From: Poseidonia sp.
GTDB taxonomy: Archaea; Thermoplasmatota; Poseidoniia; Poseidoniales; Poseidoniaceae
DNA length: 64,000 bases
Direction of reading: 5' to 3'
NCBI GenBank assembly: GCA_022426155.1
Contig: JAKMEE010000014.1
Span: 6,207-70,206 of the forward strand
Below the pieces are notes generated by a model, which did not search any database, was not told the origin of the DNA, and was given only the letters and a program-made list of their open reading frames with translations. Of the stretch, positions 44,762 through 53,730 are shown in pieces. The position numbers and the translations under genes were made by a program. Each line of letters begins with the position of its first letter. Positions within the stretch are counted from its first letter, which is position 1.

Positions 44762-45898
44762 ATGTTGCTCATGCGACATTTGATTGAACGCGTTCTTGAA
44801 CTTTCAGACGAAGAGCAACGTGTGGCAATACACGAGCAGAGCCCTGATCAAGGAACTGAGGAAGAATTACGAGCACTCTTAGAGTCCTTGCAACCGAGAA
44901 TTCGAGTCTATGGAGCCGGTGGTGCAGGGTGCAATGCCATCAACCGCTTGTTCGAAGAGGGCTTGTTTGAATCATCCTACGTCACTGGATATTCCATCAA
45001 TACTGACGCACAAGCACTCTTGCAATCTCCGTTAGAAGAAAAGGTACTCATCGGACGAACCGCTCGAGGACGAGGTGCCGGCGGCGACCCTACCAAAGGG
45101 GAGGCTGCAGCTTTGGAATCCGAGATGGTGCTAAGGCGAATTACCAACGATACACAACTTGCCATCATCACCGCTGGAATGGGCGGAGGGTCAGGAACTG
45201 GTGCCGCTGGCCACATCGCTCGATTGGCAAAGGCGCAGGGAGCCATGACCATCGCAGTGGTGACGTATCCGTTCAAATCAGAAGGGTCTTTACGAAAGCA
45301 AAACGCAGAGTGGGGTCTTGAACGACTCAGAGAACATTGTGACACAATTTTGGTCATCCCCAATGAACGCTTGTTGGAGATCGAAGGTGTCAAAGATTTG
45401 CCTATCGCCAGTGCCTTCCGCGTTGGCGACGAGTTGCTCGTTCGCTCCATCACTGGCGTGACGGAATTGTTGACCACAGATGGAATGGTAAACCTCGATT
45501 TCGAAGATCTCAGAGCAGTTATCAATTCTGGAAGTGGCGTAGCAATGATTGGTTTGGGAGCTGCAACTGGCCCAGGTCGAGCAGAAGCAGCAACAATGGA
45601 GGCACTTCATTCACCCTTGCTTGACATCGACATGAGCGATGCGCGAGGAGCGCTCATCAACGTCGTTGGAGGCAGTAGCCTCACGCTTGGGGAAGCAGAA
45701 AAATGTGCACAATTGATTCAAGAACAGATTTCGCCCAATGCCAAAATTATCTGGGGTGCGGCTGTCAAGGAAGAACTCAATGAAGAATTGCGTGTCATGT
45801 TGGTTCTCACGGGAGTCAAGAGTGACCAAATTCATGGAGCAACGGAGAATCGACAACTTCGTGCCCTTCGCAATCGGCAAATTGAATTTGTTAATTGA
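44762..45898 (+). CDS. ftsZ: Cell division GTPase FtsZ
   Basis: GAGGAGCNAINR and the tubulin signature GMGGGSGTGAAG. Confidence 0.95.
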   Translation: MLLMRHLIERVLELSDEEQRVAIHEQSPDQGTEEELRALLESLQPRIRVYGAGGAGCNAINRLFEEGLFESSYVTGYSINTDAQALLQSPLEEKVLIGRTARGRGAGGDPTKGEAAALESEMVLRRITNDTQLAIITAGMGGGSGTGAAGHIARLAKAQGAMTIAVVTYPFKSEGSLRKQNAEWGLERLREHCDTILVIPNERLLEIEGVKDLPIASAFRVGDELLVRSITGVTELLTTDGMVNLDFEDLRAVINSGSGVAMIGLGAATGPGRAEAATMEALHSPLLDIDMSDARGALINVVGGSSLTLGEAEKCAQLIQEQISPNAKIIWGAAVKEELNEELRVMLVLTGVKSDQIHGATENRQLRALRNRQIEFVN

Positions 45899-46516
45899 TT
45901 ACGGCTTCATGGCGCTCCAAAGCAGGCCAATCAGGGCCAATATGCCAATGAGGAGAACAATGCCATCGGCCAGGCCCAGCCCGTCGATTAGGCTCGATGG
46001 GGCTGCATTGCCAGTGTATTGGGCACCAACCGTAACGAACTGAACTTGATGCCATCCATCACCTGTTTGTGCCTGATTACCGTTCACGGCATTTCCACTC
46101 ACAATAAACTCGGCTCTGCTATCATTCTCGAGGGGGGAGGTCCAGTTGAAACTCCATGTACGTTGGTAAATCCCAGTTTCTGTGTGAGTCCAAGCTCCAT
46201 CAAGCAAATGGACTTGGGAGGCATTATCAAACAGGACAGTTCCATTGGAAACCGTCATTCGAAAGCCCCCTTGCGCACCCTCGTCGTTGACCGAAATTGG
46301 ACTTCGCAGTTCCAATTGAATGGGGTACGTCGTGTTGGCTTCATAGGTATCTGGCAGATTCACCAAACGTACTTCTGTAGCGTCCATTGGCGTATGGCAA
46401 AGACATCCCTGATCGCCTTCTGAACCAACTCCTTGCGGTGAACCGACGCTGAGAGGGGCAGTCATCAACAACAACAATCCAACAACACAAAGATAGCGCC
46501 GTTGTCTGATGGCCAT
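45899..46516 (-). CDS. Secreted beta-sandwich protein (reeler/DOMON-like?) with a C-terminal TM anchor
   Basis: Signal peptide YLCVVGLLLLMTAPLSVG, a GCLCH motif, a beta-rich body, and the C-terminal helix GIVLLIGILALIGLLW followed by MKP. Confidence 0.5.
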   Translation of the reverse strand: MAIRQRRYLCVVGLLLLMTAPLSVGSPQGVGSEGDQGCLCHTPMDATEVRLVNLPDTYEANTTYPIQLELRSPISVNDEGAQGGFRMTVSNGTVLFDNASQVHLLDGAWTHTETGIYQRTWSFNWTSPLENDSRAEFIVSGNAVNGNQAQTGDGWHQVQFVTVGAQYTGNAAPSSLIDGLGLADGIVLLIGILALIGLLWSAMKP

Positions 46517-46633
46517 GATTCATACCCTTCATGTGTCCCGTTTAGTGCTTTTCTTTCGGCGTTTAGAGGAGAGAAAGAAATGTGATGCAGAAGCGTTCGT
46601 GAAAAACCACCCATTAAGTAGGATAAGAACTGG

Positions 46634-47176
46634 ATGATGACCATGTTTGACGAAGAACTCCTAGGTGTCCCTGACTATGAAGAGGAAGATGTCGATATGT
46701 ACGAAGCGCTTGGCTTGACCTCACCGACCGAAGCAAACCCAACCGCCTCTATTGCACAACCACTCTTTCACGACGACCCCCTTGCTGCTTTCATGGACGA
46801 TGACGACGAGGAAGAAATCGAGACGTTTGGAATGTTCCAAACAAGCGATCAAACCATTGAAGAATTGCTCGCTGTTCTTGTGAAGGACAACCTTGGACAA
46901 TCCATTAGCAACTACTTCCCCGGCCTCTCAACGAATGTGAACCTGAACTCCGCTCGGGTAGAGCGCGATCGAGATGCTTACCATCTCTCACTCATCGTTG
47001 ACATGGGCGGTGGCCATCACATCAAACCCTTTGCAACTGTGCTGGCAGTGGAAGACACCTGGAAACCACTTGATGCACCCAAGGGATTGAGCAAACACTG
47101 GCAACCGTTGTACGAAGCCTTGTGCAAGGCTCTCACACAAGCTCTCAAGCAACAAGGAGCGCCTTCAAGCATCTGA
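46634..47176 (+). CDS. Acidic hypothetical protein
   Basis: 180 aa with a D/E-rich N-terminal half. No motif was recognised. Confidence 0.45.
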   Translation: MMTMFDEELLGVPDYEEEDVDMYEALGLTSPTEANPTASIAQPLFHDDPLAAFMDDDDEEEIETFGMFQTSDQTIEELLAVLVKDNLGQSISNYFPGLSTNVNLNSARVERDRDAYHLSLIVDMGGGHHIKPFATVLAVEDTWKPLDAPKGLSKHWQPLYEALCKALTQALKQQGAPSSI

Positions 47177-47560
47177 TTCTGGATGGATTTTGACCGTCCA
47201 AGAAAATTCAACCTTCTCGTTGAATGTGTTTGAAACGCTACAATATTTTTCGTGACTTTTTTGCACGATTCTCTCTACCAGTTTCTGTGGGACATCTCCC
47301 CTCACATTGTAAACCATCGAAATAGCCGTGAAAGAGCGTGGTTTTTCTTCAGCTCGCTCAGAATCCAAATCAACCCAAACTTCTGAAAATGAGCGTTGCT
47401 TCAAACCTTCAACAACATCAACCATAGAACACATACCCACCATTTGAAGGGTGACTTGCATAGGGGATGGTCCATCATTCCAATCAAATTCAAGTTCCTG
47501 GCCGCGTGAATTTATCCCAATTGCTTTGCTTCCTTCTCGCCATTCAACTCTGCCTTGCAT
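47165..47560 (-). CDS. OsmC/Ohr-family peroxiredoxin-like protein
   Basis: GPSPMQVTLQMVGMCSMVDV and KSHEKYCSVSNTF, which are the two conserved Cys contexts. Confidence 0.75.
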   Translation of the reverse strand: MQGRVEWREGSKAIGINSRGQELEFDWNDGPSPMQVTLQMVGMCSMVDVVEGLKQRSFSEVWVDLDSERAEEKPRSFTAISMVYNVRGDVPQKLVERIVQKSHEKYCSVSNTFNEKVEFSWTVKIHPESDA

Positions 47561-47597
47561 GGACAGGGGAGGGGCGGTTCATTCTTGAAGGAGATGT

Positions 47598-48845
47598 ATG
47601 TCGCTTCCTTTGAGAGACATGACCGGCAATCCAGTGACCATGAACAACGGGGAACTCCACGTCCCAAACGACCCTGTGATCCATTACATCGAAGGCGATG
47701 GTATTGGTGTTGACATCACTCCCGTGATGATGAAAGTCGTCGATGCCTCGGTTGAGAAAGCCTACGGTGGAGCAAAATCCATTGCCTGGAATGAAGTTTT
47801 AGCTGGTGAAAAAGCCTTCAACGCCACCGGCGAATGGCTTCCACAAGCGACACTTGATGCCATGAAAACAGGATTGGTTTCCATTAAGGGCCCGTTGACA
47901 ACTCCTGTTGGGGGCGGTATTCGTTCCTTGAACGTGGCATTGCGACAAAAACTCGATCTCTATGCATGCGTTCGACCCGTCCGCTGGTATGACGGAACTC
48001 CATCTCCAGTGAAAGCCCCTGGTGATGTTGACATGATCATCTTCCGTGAGAACAGTGAAGACGTCTATGCCGGCATTGAATGGGAAGCTGGTAGCGACGA
48101 AGTCAAGCGTGTCATTGATTTCCTTCAGAACGAGATGGGCGTTGATAAGATTCGTTTCCCAGCAACCTCAGGAATCGGAATCAAACCTATTTCTCAAGAA
48201 GGAACCGCACGAATTGTCCGAGCCGCCATCCAATACGCTGTTGAAAACGACAAGGAAAGTGTCACACTCGTTCACAAGGGGAACATCATGAAGTTCACCG
48301 AAGGTGGTTTCCGTGATTGGGGCTATGCTTTGGCCAAGGAAGAATTCGGAGCAACCGAACTCGACGGGGGGCCTTGGTGCACCTTCGTAAATCCAATCAG
48401 CGGAAAGACCATTCTGATCAAGGACGTCATTGCTGATGCAATGCTGCAACAAATCATCACTCGCCCAGCCGAATACAGTGTTTTGACCACCATGAACCTC
48501 AACGGCGATTACATTTCGGATGCTCTTGCCGCTCAAGTTGGAGGCATTGGAATCGCACCAGGTGCCAACATCAATTACGACACAGGTATTTCCATCTTTG
48601 AGGCAACCCACGGTACTGCTCCCAAATATGCTGGACAAAACAAAGTGAACCCCGGTTCATTGATTCTCTCCGCTGAAATGATGTTACGACACATGGGGTG
48701 GAAAGAAGCGGCAGACTTGATTGTCAAGGGCATGGAAGGTGCCATTTCCAACAAAACTGTCACCTATGATTTTGAACGATTAATGGATGATGCAACCCTT
48801 CTTTCCTGCAGCGCCTTTGGCGATGCGATGATTGAACACATGTGA
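47598..48845 (+). CDS. icd: Isocitrate dehydrogenase (NADP-type)
   Basis: [58 protein letters not shown] lies 6 nt upstream of the ATG. Confidence 0.9.
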   Translation: MSLPLRDMTGNPVTMNNGELHVPNDPVIHYIEGDGIGVDITPVMMKVVDASVEKAYGGAKSIAWNEVLAGEKAFNATGEWLPQATLDAMKTGLVSIKGPLTTPVGGGIRSLNVALRQKLDLYACVRPVRWYDGTPSPVKAPGDVDMIIFRENSEDVYAGIEWEAGSDEVKRVIDFLQNEMGVDKIRFPATSGIGIKPISQEGTARIVRAAIQYAVENDKESVTLVHKGNIMKFTEGGFRDWGYALAKEEFGATELDGGPWCTFVNPISGKTILIKDVIADAMLQQIITRPAEYSVLTTMNLNGDYISDALAAQVGGIGIAPGANINYDTGISIFEATHGTAPKYAGQNKVNPGSLILSAEMMLRHMGWKEAADLIVKGMEGAISNKTVTYDFERLMDDATLLSCSAFGDAMIEHM

Positions 48846-49008
48846 TTGCTTCAATCATCTCCACAAGAGTACTCATCTGCAGCTTTCTCCTTTAATTGAA
48901 GAAAAGCAGATTTTTGTTGTTCCATTCCGAGTGCCTTCCGGCCCATTTTGTTGACCCAAAGATGGTTGGTTGACCGTTCACCTTCCTTCACCTGTTGCAT
49001 TAATTTCA

Positions 49009-51447
49009 TCAAACCATACCAACCACTGGGGGCGGAGCCAACATAATCATGGGAGCAATATATGGTCTAGAAAGAAGAGGGTATTCGACAAATGCCGAAT
49101 CTGAACCTTTTTGAATAGTACGATGCCAAGCCATCCATGAACTACGATTTTCCAGACGGGGGCCAGTTATTCCACGCCAAGTGATGGCAAAATCTCCTCC
49201 TCCGGTCAACGATTCTGTAGAATAGCTAGAAATTAATCCTAAAGTTTCTTCTTTTACCAATGAGGTGTAGCCGTAATAGGCTTGTATCCTTTCAATAAAT
49301 TCTGAATCAGCACCCACCCGCAAGCTATCGAAATAGCCTATTTTATGGCGCACTTCTGCTTTAATCATCAAAGATATACAGGACAACCTCATTACTTTAC
49401 CATTCACAATGGTGATTTTTCCATCCTCACTGACACGAAAATAATTGTTTATGACTGCAACTGCATCGGAATTCTTCTGTAGTGTTTTGAATTGGCGTTC
49501 CAACCGTTGTGGATGTGACCAATCATCACTATCCATGAATGTTATCAATTCACCATTTGCTTGATTCAGGCCGTGGTTCTTTGCTACATATGTGCCTCCA
49601 TTCTGTGCCATCCGGGAAAGGATGATTCTGTTATCGCCACTGGCTCGCCGCGCAAGATGAACATACAAATCATCGCTGGAACAATCATCCACAATGATCA
49701 ATTCAATATTTCTGTAGGTTTGGTTGAGTATCGAATCTATTGCAGTGTCAATCATAGTATTCCAATTGAACGTAGTCATTATCACACTGATGAGCGGTCC
49801 ACAATCACTGAATTCAGGGGCATTGCAGATGAGGTGCTTAGGGTGTATTGAAAGATTCGTATCAGAACTGGATACTGGGTGCAATTTGCATTTTTGCAAC
49901 ATTTCATTGAGTCTATGTACTTGTCTTTGAACATTTCCAAGATTGTATTCTGCTTGGGCTGCAAGAAGGTATGAATCTAATAAATTATCATATTGTTTTA
50001 TCATCACTGAGATTGAATTCTTTGTGGATTCATGCTCGCCAAGTTCAGATTGGATTAGGACCTGATAGCCAATCAATTGAGGATGTATTGGATGGTGGAT
50101 TAGAGCATTATTGCACCTATCCAAAGCATCAACAAGATCATTTTCTACATGATATGCAATGTCAATGCCTATTCTATGAGCCTGGTAGAGCGATGGCTGT
50201 AAAGTGAGCACATCAGCCACTTCTTGCATCACCTCATCTAGGGAGCCTGTTTTCATTGTAACAAGCAAGCGTCCTCTAAGTGCGGCTGCAGAATAAGGAT
50301 TGAAATCTAATTGCGCATCGCAAAATTCCTTGACAATGATGGGCTGCCCAATAGCAGCATTAACCATCAAGTTCAATAGTTCTTCATTAGACTGGTTTTT
50401 CATTATTGATTCCATCCCAATCTTGAGTGCAACATTGTTGTTTCCTCTATTGAATTCTTTAACCACGTTGGCCATGTGTGTCCAAGGATCATCACTAGGC
50501 AAATCTAGTGAACCCAGCCAATATGGTATTTCATTCCTCCATTGCTTGTGGCGAATCAATCGTTTCACAACAAACTGAATGGTTATCATATCCAATGGTT
50601 GTAGAGTTCTTATTCTAGCAAGTGATAGAGAAATATCAGTGAATGCGTCAGTTTTTATCGCAGCGTCAAATCTCCTCCTCCAGGCGACAAGATTCTCTGG
50701 GTCAAGAGAAGTCCACTTCCGAAGGTATGGAAGTGCTGAATCGAAGTCTCTTTTTCTATACAATAAAATCAATGTCACGATAGCCAGAAGATTCAGATTG
50801 TCAGGCTCCTGTGAAAGTAAGTTGTGAACAATGTGATAAGAGTATTCTATTTGATTTTCTGCGACGAAGAACCGGGCAATCTGCATCTGCTGTTTGGGAT
50901 GTGACTCCCACGAAATCTGGTATTTGTTCCAAAGAGCATCTGTCAACTGCGGATTATCACTAGCAGCCTTGAATACATCAAGCCACAAGTCCCCTTTTTC
51001 CGCGCTCAATTCTAAACGAACCAGTAATTCTTTTTCCGAGGCCTCTACTATCATCAGTGATTTGCAGTAATCAATTGATTCCAGATATCTACCCATTCGG
51101 TAATAGATCCTTTCTTTTAGGAAAGAAATTGTTTCATTTTGAGGTTGAATGTGTTCCAATTCGCTTATTACAGATTCTGCCTCTCCGAACAAGCCAAGAT
51201 TGTAATTTGCTCTGGCCTTGAGAAACTTCATTCTTTCATCTGTTTGATAATGAGTTTCAATTTCTTCTATGCATTGTAAGCACAGGGAATATTGCTTGAT
51301 GTTATAGTATAGTCGTGTTAAGAGCTCCAATGTCCAAAAATTGTGTTTTTTTGAGTGGCGAATGGCTAGAGCCAAATACTTTGCAACAGTGTAAAAACGT
51401 GAGTTGTAGGCTATTGCAGCGAGTCGGCGAATAATCAAATATATCAT
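49009..51447 (-). CDS. TPR-repeat / family-2 glycosyltransferase fusion protein
   Basis: The N-terminal 540 aa or so are helical-hairpin repeats. The C-terminal GT2 domain has ISVIMTTFNWN, ELIIVDDCSSDD and the DXD motif FMDSDDWSHPQRL. The gene is visibly AT-rich. Confidence 0.8.
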   Translation of the reverse strand: MIYLIIRRLAAIAYNSRFYTVAKYLALAIRHSKKHNFWTLELLTRLYYNIKQYSLCLQCIEEIETHYQTDERMKFLKARANYNLGLFGEAESVISELEHIQPQNETISFLKERIYYRMGRYLESIDYCKSLMIVEASEKELLVRLELSAEKGDLWLDVFKAASDNPQLTDALWNKYQISWESHPKQQMQIARFFVAENQIEYSYHIVHNLLSQEPDNLNLLAIVTLILLYRKRDFDSALPYLRKWTSLDPENLVAWRRRFDAAIKTDAFTDISLSLARIRTLQPLDMITIQFVVKRLIRHKQWRNEIPYWLGSLDLPSDDPWTHMANVVKEFNRGNNNVALKIGMESIMKNQSNEELLNLMVNAAIGQPIIVKEFCDAQLDFNPYSAAALRGRLLVTMKTGSLDEVMQEVADVLTLQPSLYQAHRIGIDIAYHVENDLVDALDRCNNALIHHPIHPQLIGYQVLIQSELGEHESTKNSISVMIKQYDNLLDSYLLAAQAEYNLGNVQRQVHRLNEMLQKCKLHPVSSSDTNLSIHPKHLICNAPEFSDCGPLISVIMTTFNWNTMIDTAIDSILNQTYRNIELIIVDDCSSDDLYVHLARRASGDNRIILSRMAQNGGTYVAKNHGLNQANGELITFMDSDDWSHPQRLERQFKTLQKNSDAVAVINNYFRVSEDGKITIVNGKVMRLSCISLMIKAEVRHKIGYFDSLRVGADSEFIERIQAYYGYTSLVKEETLGLISSYSTESLTGGGDFAITWRGITGPRLENRSSWMAWHRTIQKGSDSAFVEYPLLSRPYIAPMIMLAPPPVVGMV

Positions 51448-51490
51448 GAAACCCCCTTCGCAGATTTCTTTGAAAACCGAATGATTTCGG

Positions 51491-53467
51491 TCATGGATCT
51501 AACACCTCGTCATCACAGATTATATCATCTTCATCCATTTCCTTCAGAAATTCAGAATCATCAAATCCAGAAAGATAATGTTGCACTAGTAAACGCATCA
51601 CATGATCAATACCTTCTTCAGTTACAGAACGCAAGTCATCACTGTAATATCTACCTCGATTGAAATTGCTGGTAATCACTTCGTACGACGGAAAATATGC
51701 GATGTTAGGATTATCTCGACTGACTTCTTCAGCTGCCACCCTCAATACTGATTTGGAATATGTACTTGAAGCAATAATATGCTGATCCTCATAAGTTGCT
51801 ATCATCGGAACTGGTGAAACCGTGAAGATTATCTTAGCATTAGGATTGATTTCAAACATACGTTTTGAGAATCTCTCCATATCTTTAATCACCATCTGTG
51901 AAGAGAAGTTAACGAATTCGTATTTCTCTTCATCCATCACTCCTCCAGCAATACCCGGAGCCAAGGGAATGACCGCTCCATCGACCTTAGATCGCCATGC
52001 TTCAGTCAAGCCCAGTGTGAACAAGAAGATATCAAGTTCCTCAAACATCTTCTTGACACAATCAAGATGCTCATCTCTTGAGCGTTTCAGTTCTTCGACG
52101 GTGTTGAAACCATTTGGTTCGATTAATGGACGAAATGGGTCAACATATTGACCATCCTCACGTACCCAGGCCTCATCTACAGGTGTGAATCTCCCATCAA
52201 TGCGATCCAACATCTGAACGAGTTGTCTCGTGGTATAGATATTGCCATATCTTGCAGAGTAGACATTGTAATTCCTTTCCTTTGCTTCTTGCTCTGAAAT
52301 ATCCTTTGGTGCGGTTTCAGTAACGAAGTAGTTGAAATCTGCACGTTTGAGAGTGCGTGCTATTTGTTGTGCGAAACAACTGCCTGCTGTTGCCACCTTA
52401 TCCATCATAAAAATATTGAATTTTGATTTTAGTACAGGGTCAACATCTTCCATTTTTAATTTAGTCACTGATCTTCGCCAGAAGCGATAGTCTGGCAGAT
52501 TCTTGTATGGATTGGAATGCCTGTTCTTGTTTCGATTCATCGCGATATTAAACGCTTGGCTACCCTTCAAAGTAGAGAAAGGCAACCTATTATACCTCGA
52601 ATCCTCGATATTTTCTTTACCAACGATTGCATATTTTTCAAAACTGTCTTCGACGAATTCGCGTAATGAAATCGAAATGTTATCACTTCCAATCTTCTTC
52701 TGCTTGGCACGTTGTAGGTTGTGCTGATTCTCTGATAATTTGAATTCATAACTCCCTTCAATTCCTAACCGATCAGCGATTTCTGGATACACGGGCCAGA
52801 TAGTAGATTGCGCACCACGATCAGTAATCTTCAATTTAGATTCATTGTAGTCTATAAGGATATTTTGCTCTTTGAGCAAGAGATGGGAAAGTTCAGCAAA
52901 GACGTGCAAAAGCGGATGATTGGTAGTATGTACAAAGCATCCACCATTGTACAATTTCCGATATAATTGCTGTACTGGCCATCCCGTTATTTCCTCTTCG
53001 TGTTTAATTATCTTTTCAAATTTTTTCTTAGCATCGAAATATTCCAAGTGATCATAAACTTCCTCGCAGAATAATAACATCGTATCATCTACACTGAGTT
53101 CATTGAGATAGCCGTACAGAATGAGTGCAGAATGACTGTTTCCCATCAAAGTGCGAATTCTTTGCCGATCGATGGTGTAGCAAGGAACGGCGTCGGGATG
53201 GAATGCTGTGGTCCTAATGTATGGAATAAACTTCATCCGATCTTTTAGATGCCCACAAATCGACATCACAATGTCCTTGAATCGAGACATTACAAAGATT
53301 GAATCAGCCTCCTCAGCTTTAGCATTCAATTCATCGACGGAATCTTGACCCATGTTCTGATCCAAGAACTCTAATTTTATTCTGTGACATTGAATTTCAA
53401 TATTTGTCATCACCTCAAGACATTCCTTAATGAATTCAATATGGCAATTCCCCACAAGCAGCATCAT
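51491..53467 (-). CDS. WcbI-like N-terminal domain fused to a GSCFA-family (SGNH-like) domain
   Basis: The N-terminal MMLLVGNCHIEF... resembles the GNCQ start of WcbI-type capsule proteins (tentative). The central VATAGSCFAQQIARTL is the eponymous GSCFA motif. The gene is AT-rich. Confidence 0.65.
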   Translation of the reverse strand: MMLLVGNCHIEFIKECLEVMTNIEIQCHRIKLEFLDQNMGQDSVDELNAKAEEADSIFVMSRFKDIVMSICGHLKDRMKFIPYIRTTAFHPDAVPCYTIDRQRIRTLMGNSHSALILYGYLNELSVDDTMLLFCEEVYDHLEYFDAKKKFEKIIKHEEEITGWPVQQLYRKLYNGGCFVHTTNHPLLHVFAELSHLLLKEQNILIDYNESKLKITDRGAQSTIWPVYPEIADRLGIEGSYEFKLSENQHNLQRAKQKKIGSDNISISLREFVEDSFEKYAIVGKENIEDSRYNRLPFSTLKGSQAFNIAMNRNKNRHSNPYKNLPDYRFWRRSVTKLKMEDVDPVLKSKFNIFMMDKVATAGSCFAQQIARTLKRADFNYFVTETAPKDISEQEAKERNYNVYSARYGNIYTTRQLVQMLDRIDGRFTPVDEAWVREDGQYVDPFRPLIEPNGFNTVEELKRSRDEHLDCVKKMFEELDIFLFTLGLTEAWRSKVDGAVIPLAPGIAGGVMDEEKYEFVNFSSQMVIKDMERFSKRMFEINPNAKIIFTVSPVPMIATYEDQHIIASSTYSKSVLRVAAEEVSRDNPNIAYFPSYEVITSNFNRGRYYSDDLRSVTEEGIDHVMRLLVQHYLSGFDDSEFLKEMDEDDIICDDEVLDP

Positions 53468-53730
53468 TTTTACACCTCAATTAACCATCTCTGTGACAAA
53501 TAATCTATTGTACATTTCCACTGCTAGGTAAATTGCTCTGCAATGATTCTCTCAGCAATTGAAGAACGGGTTTCGACTCACAAGAGTTTTGCAAGCTGAC
53601 CGCTTGACCAATAAACATCGTGACCAAAGGTCATTATCCCAGACATCAATGTTTCCAGTGAAGGTATTTCGAGCGAGTGTTGGCTCTCCTATGGAACGAA
53701 CATAGGTTACAATAATGCAACTCGCTCGAT

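Noticed and set aside
44977-45525. A 182-aa minus-strand ORF inside ftsZ. The same applies to other long antisense ORFs inside rnr, copA, MMPL and icd.
   Set aside because: These are antisense shadows of strongly supported genes with low-complexity Ser/Pro/Ala-rich translations.
45899-46516. GCLCH as a possible c-type heme-binding site.
   Set aside because: The motif is C-x-C-H, not C-x-x-C-H, so it is not a canonical heme c attachment site. It is kept only as a descriptive note.
48848-49009. A 53-aa minus-strand ORF (MKLMQQVKEGERSTNHLWVNKMG...). Its ATG overlaps the TPR-GT2 stop (TGATG).
   Set aside because: It is too short and featureless to support. It could be real because of the stop/start coupling, but there is no other evidence.
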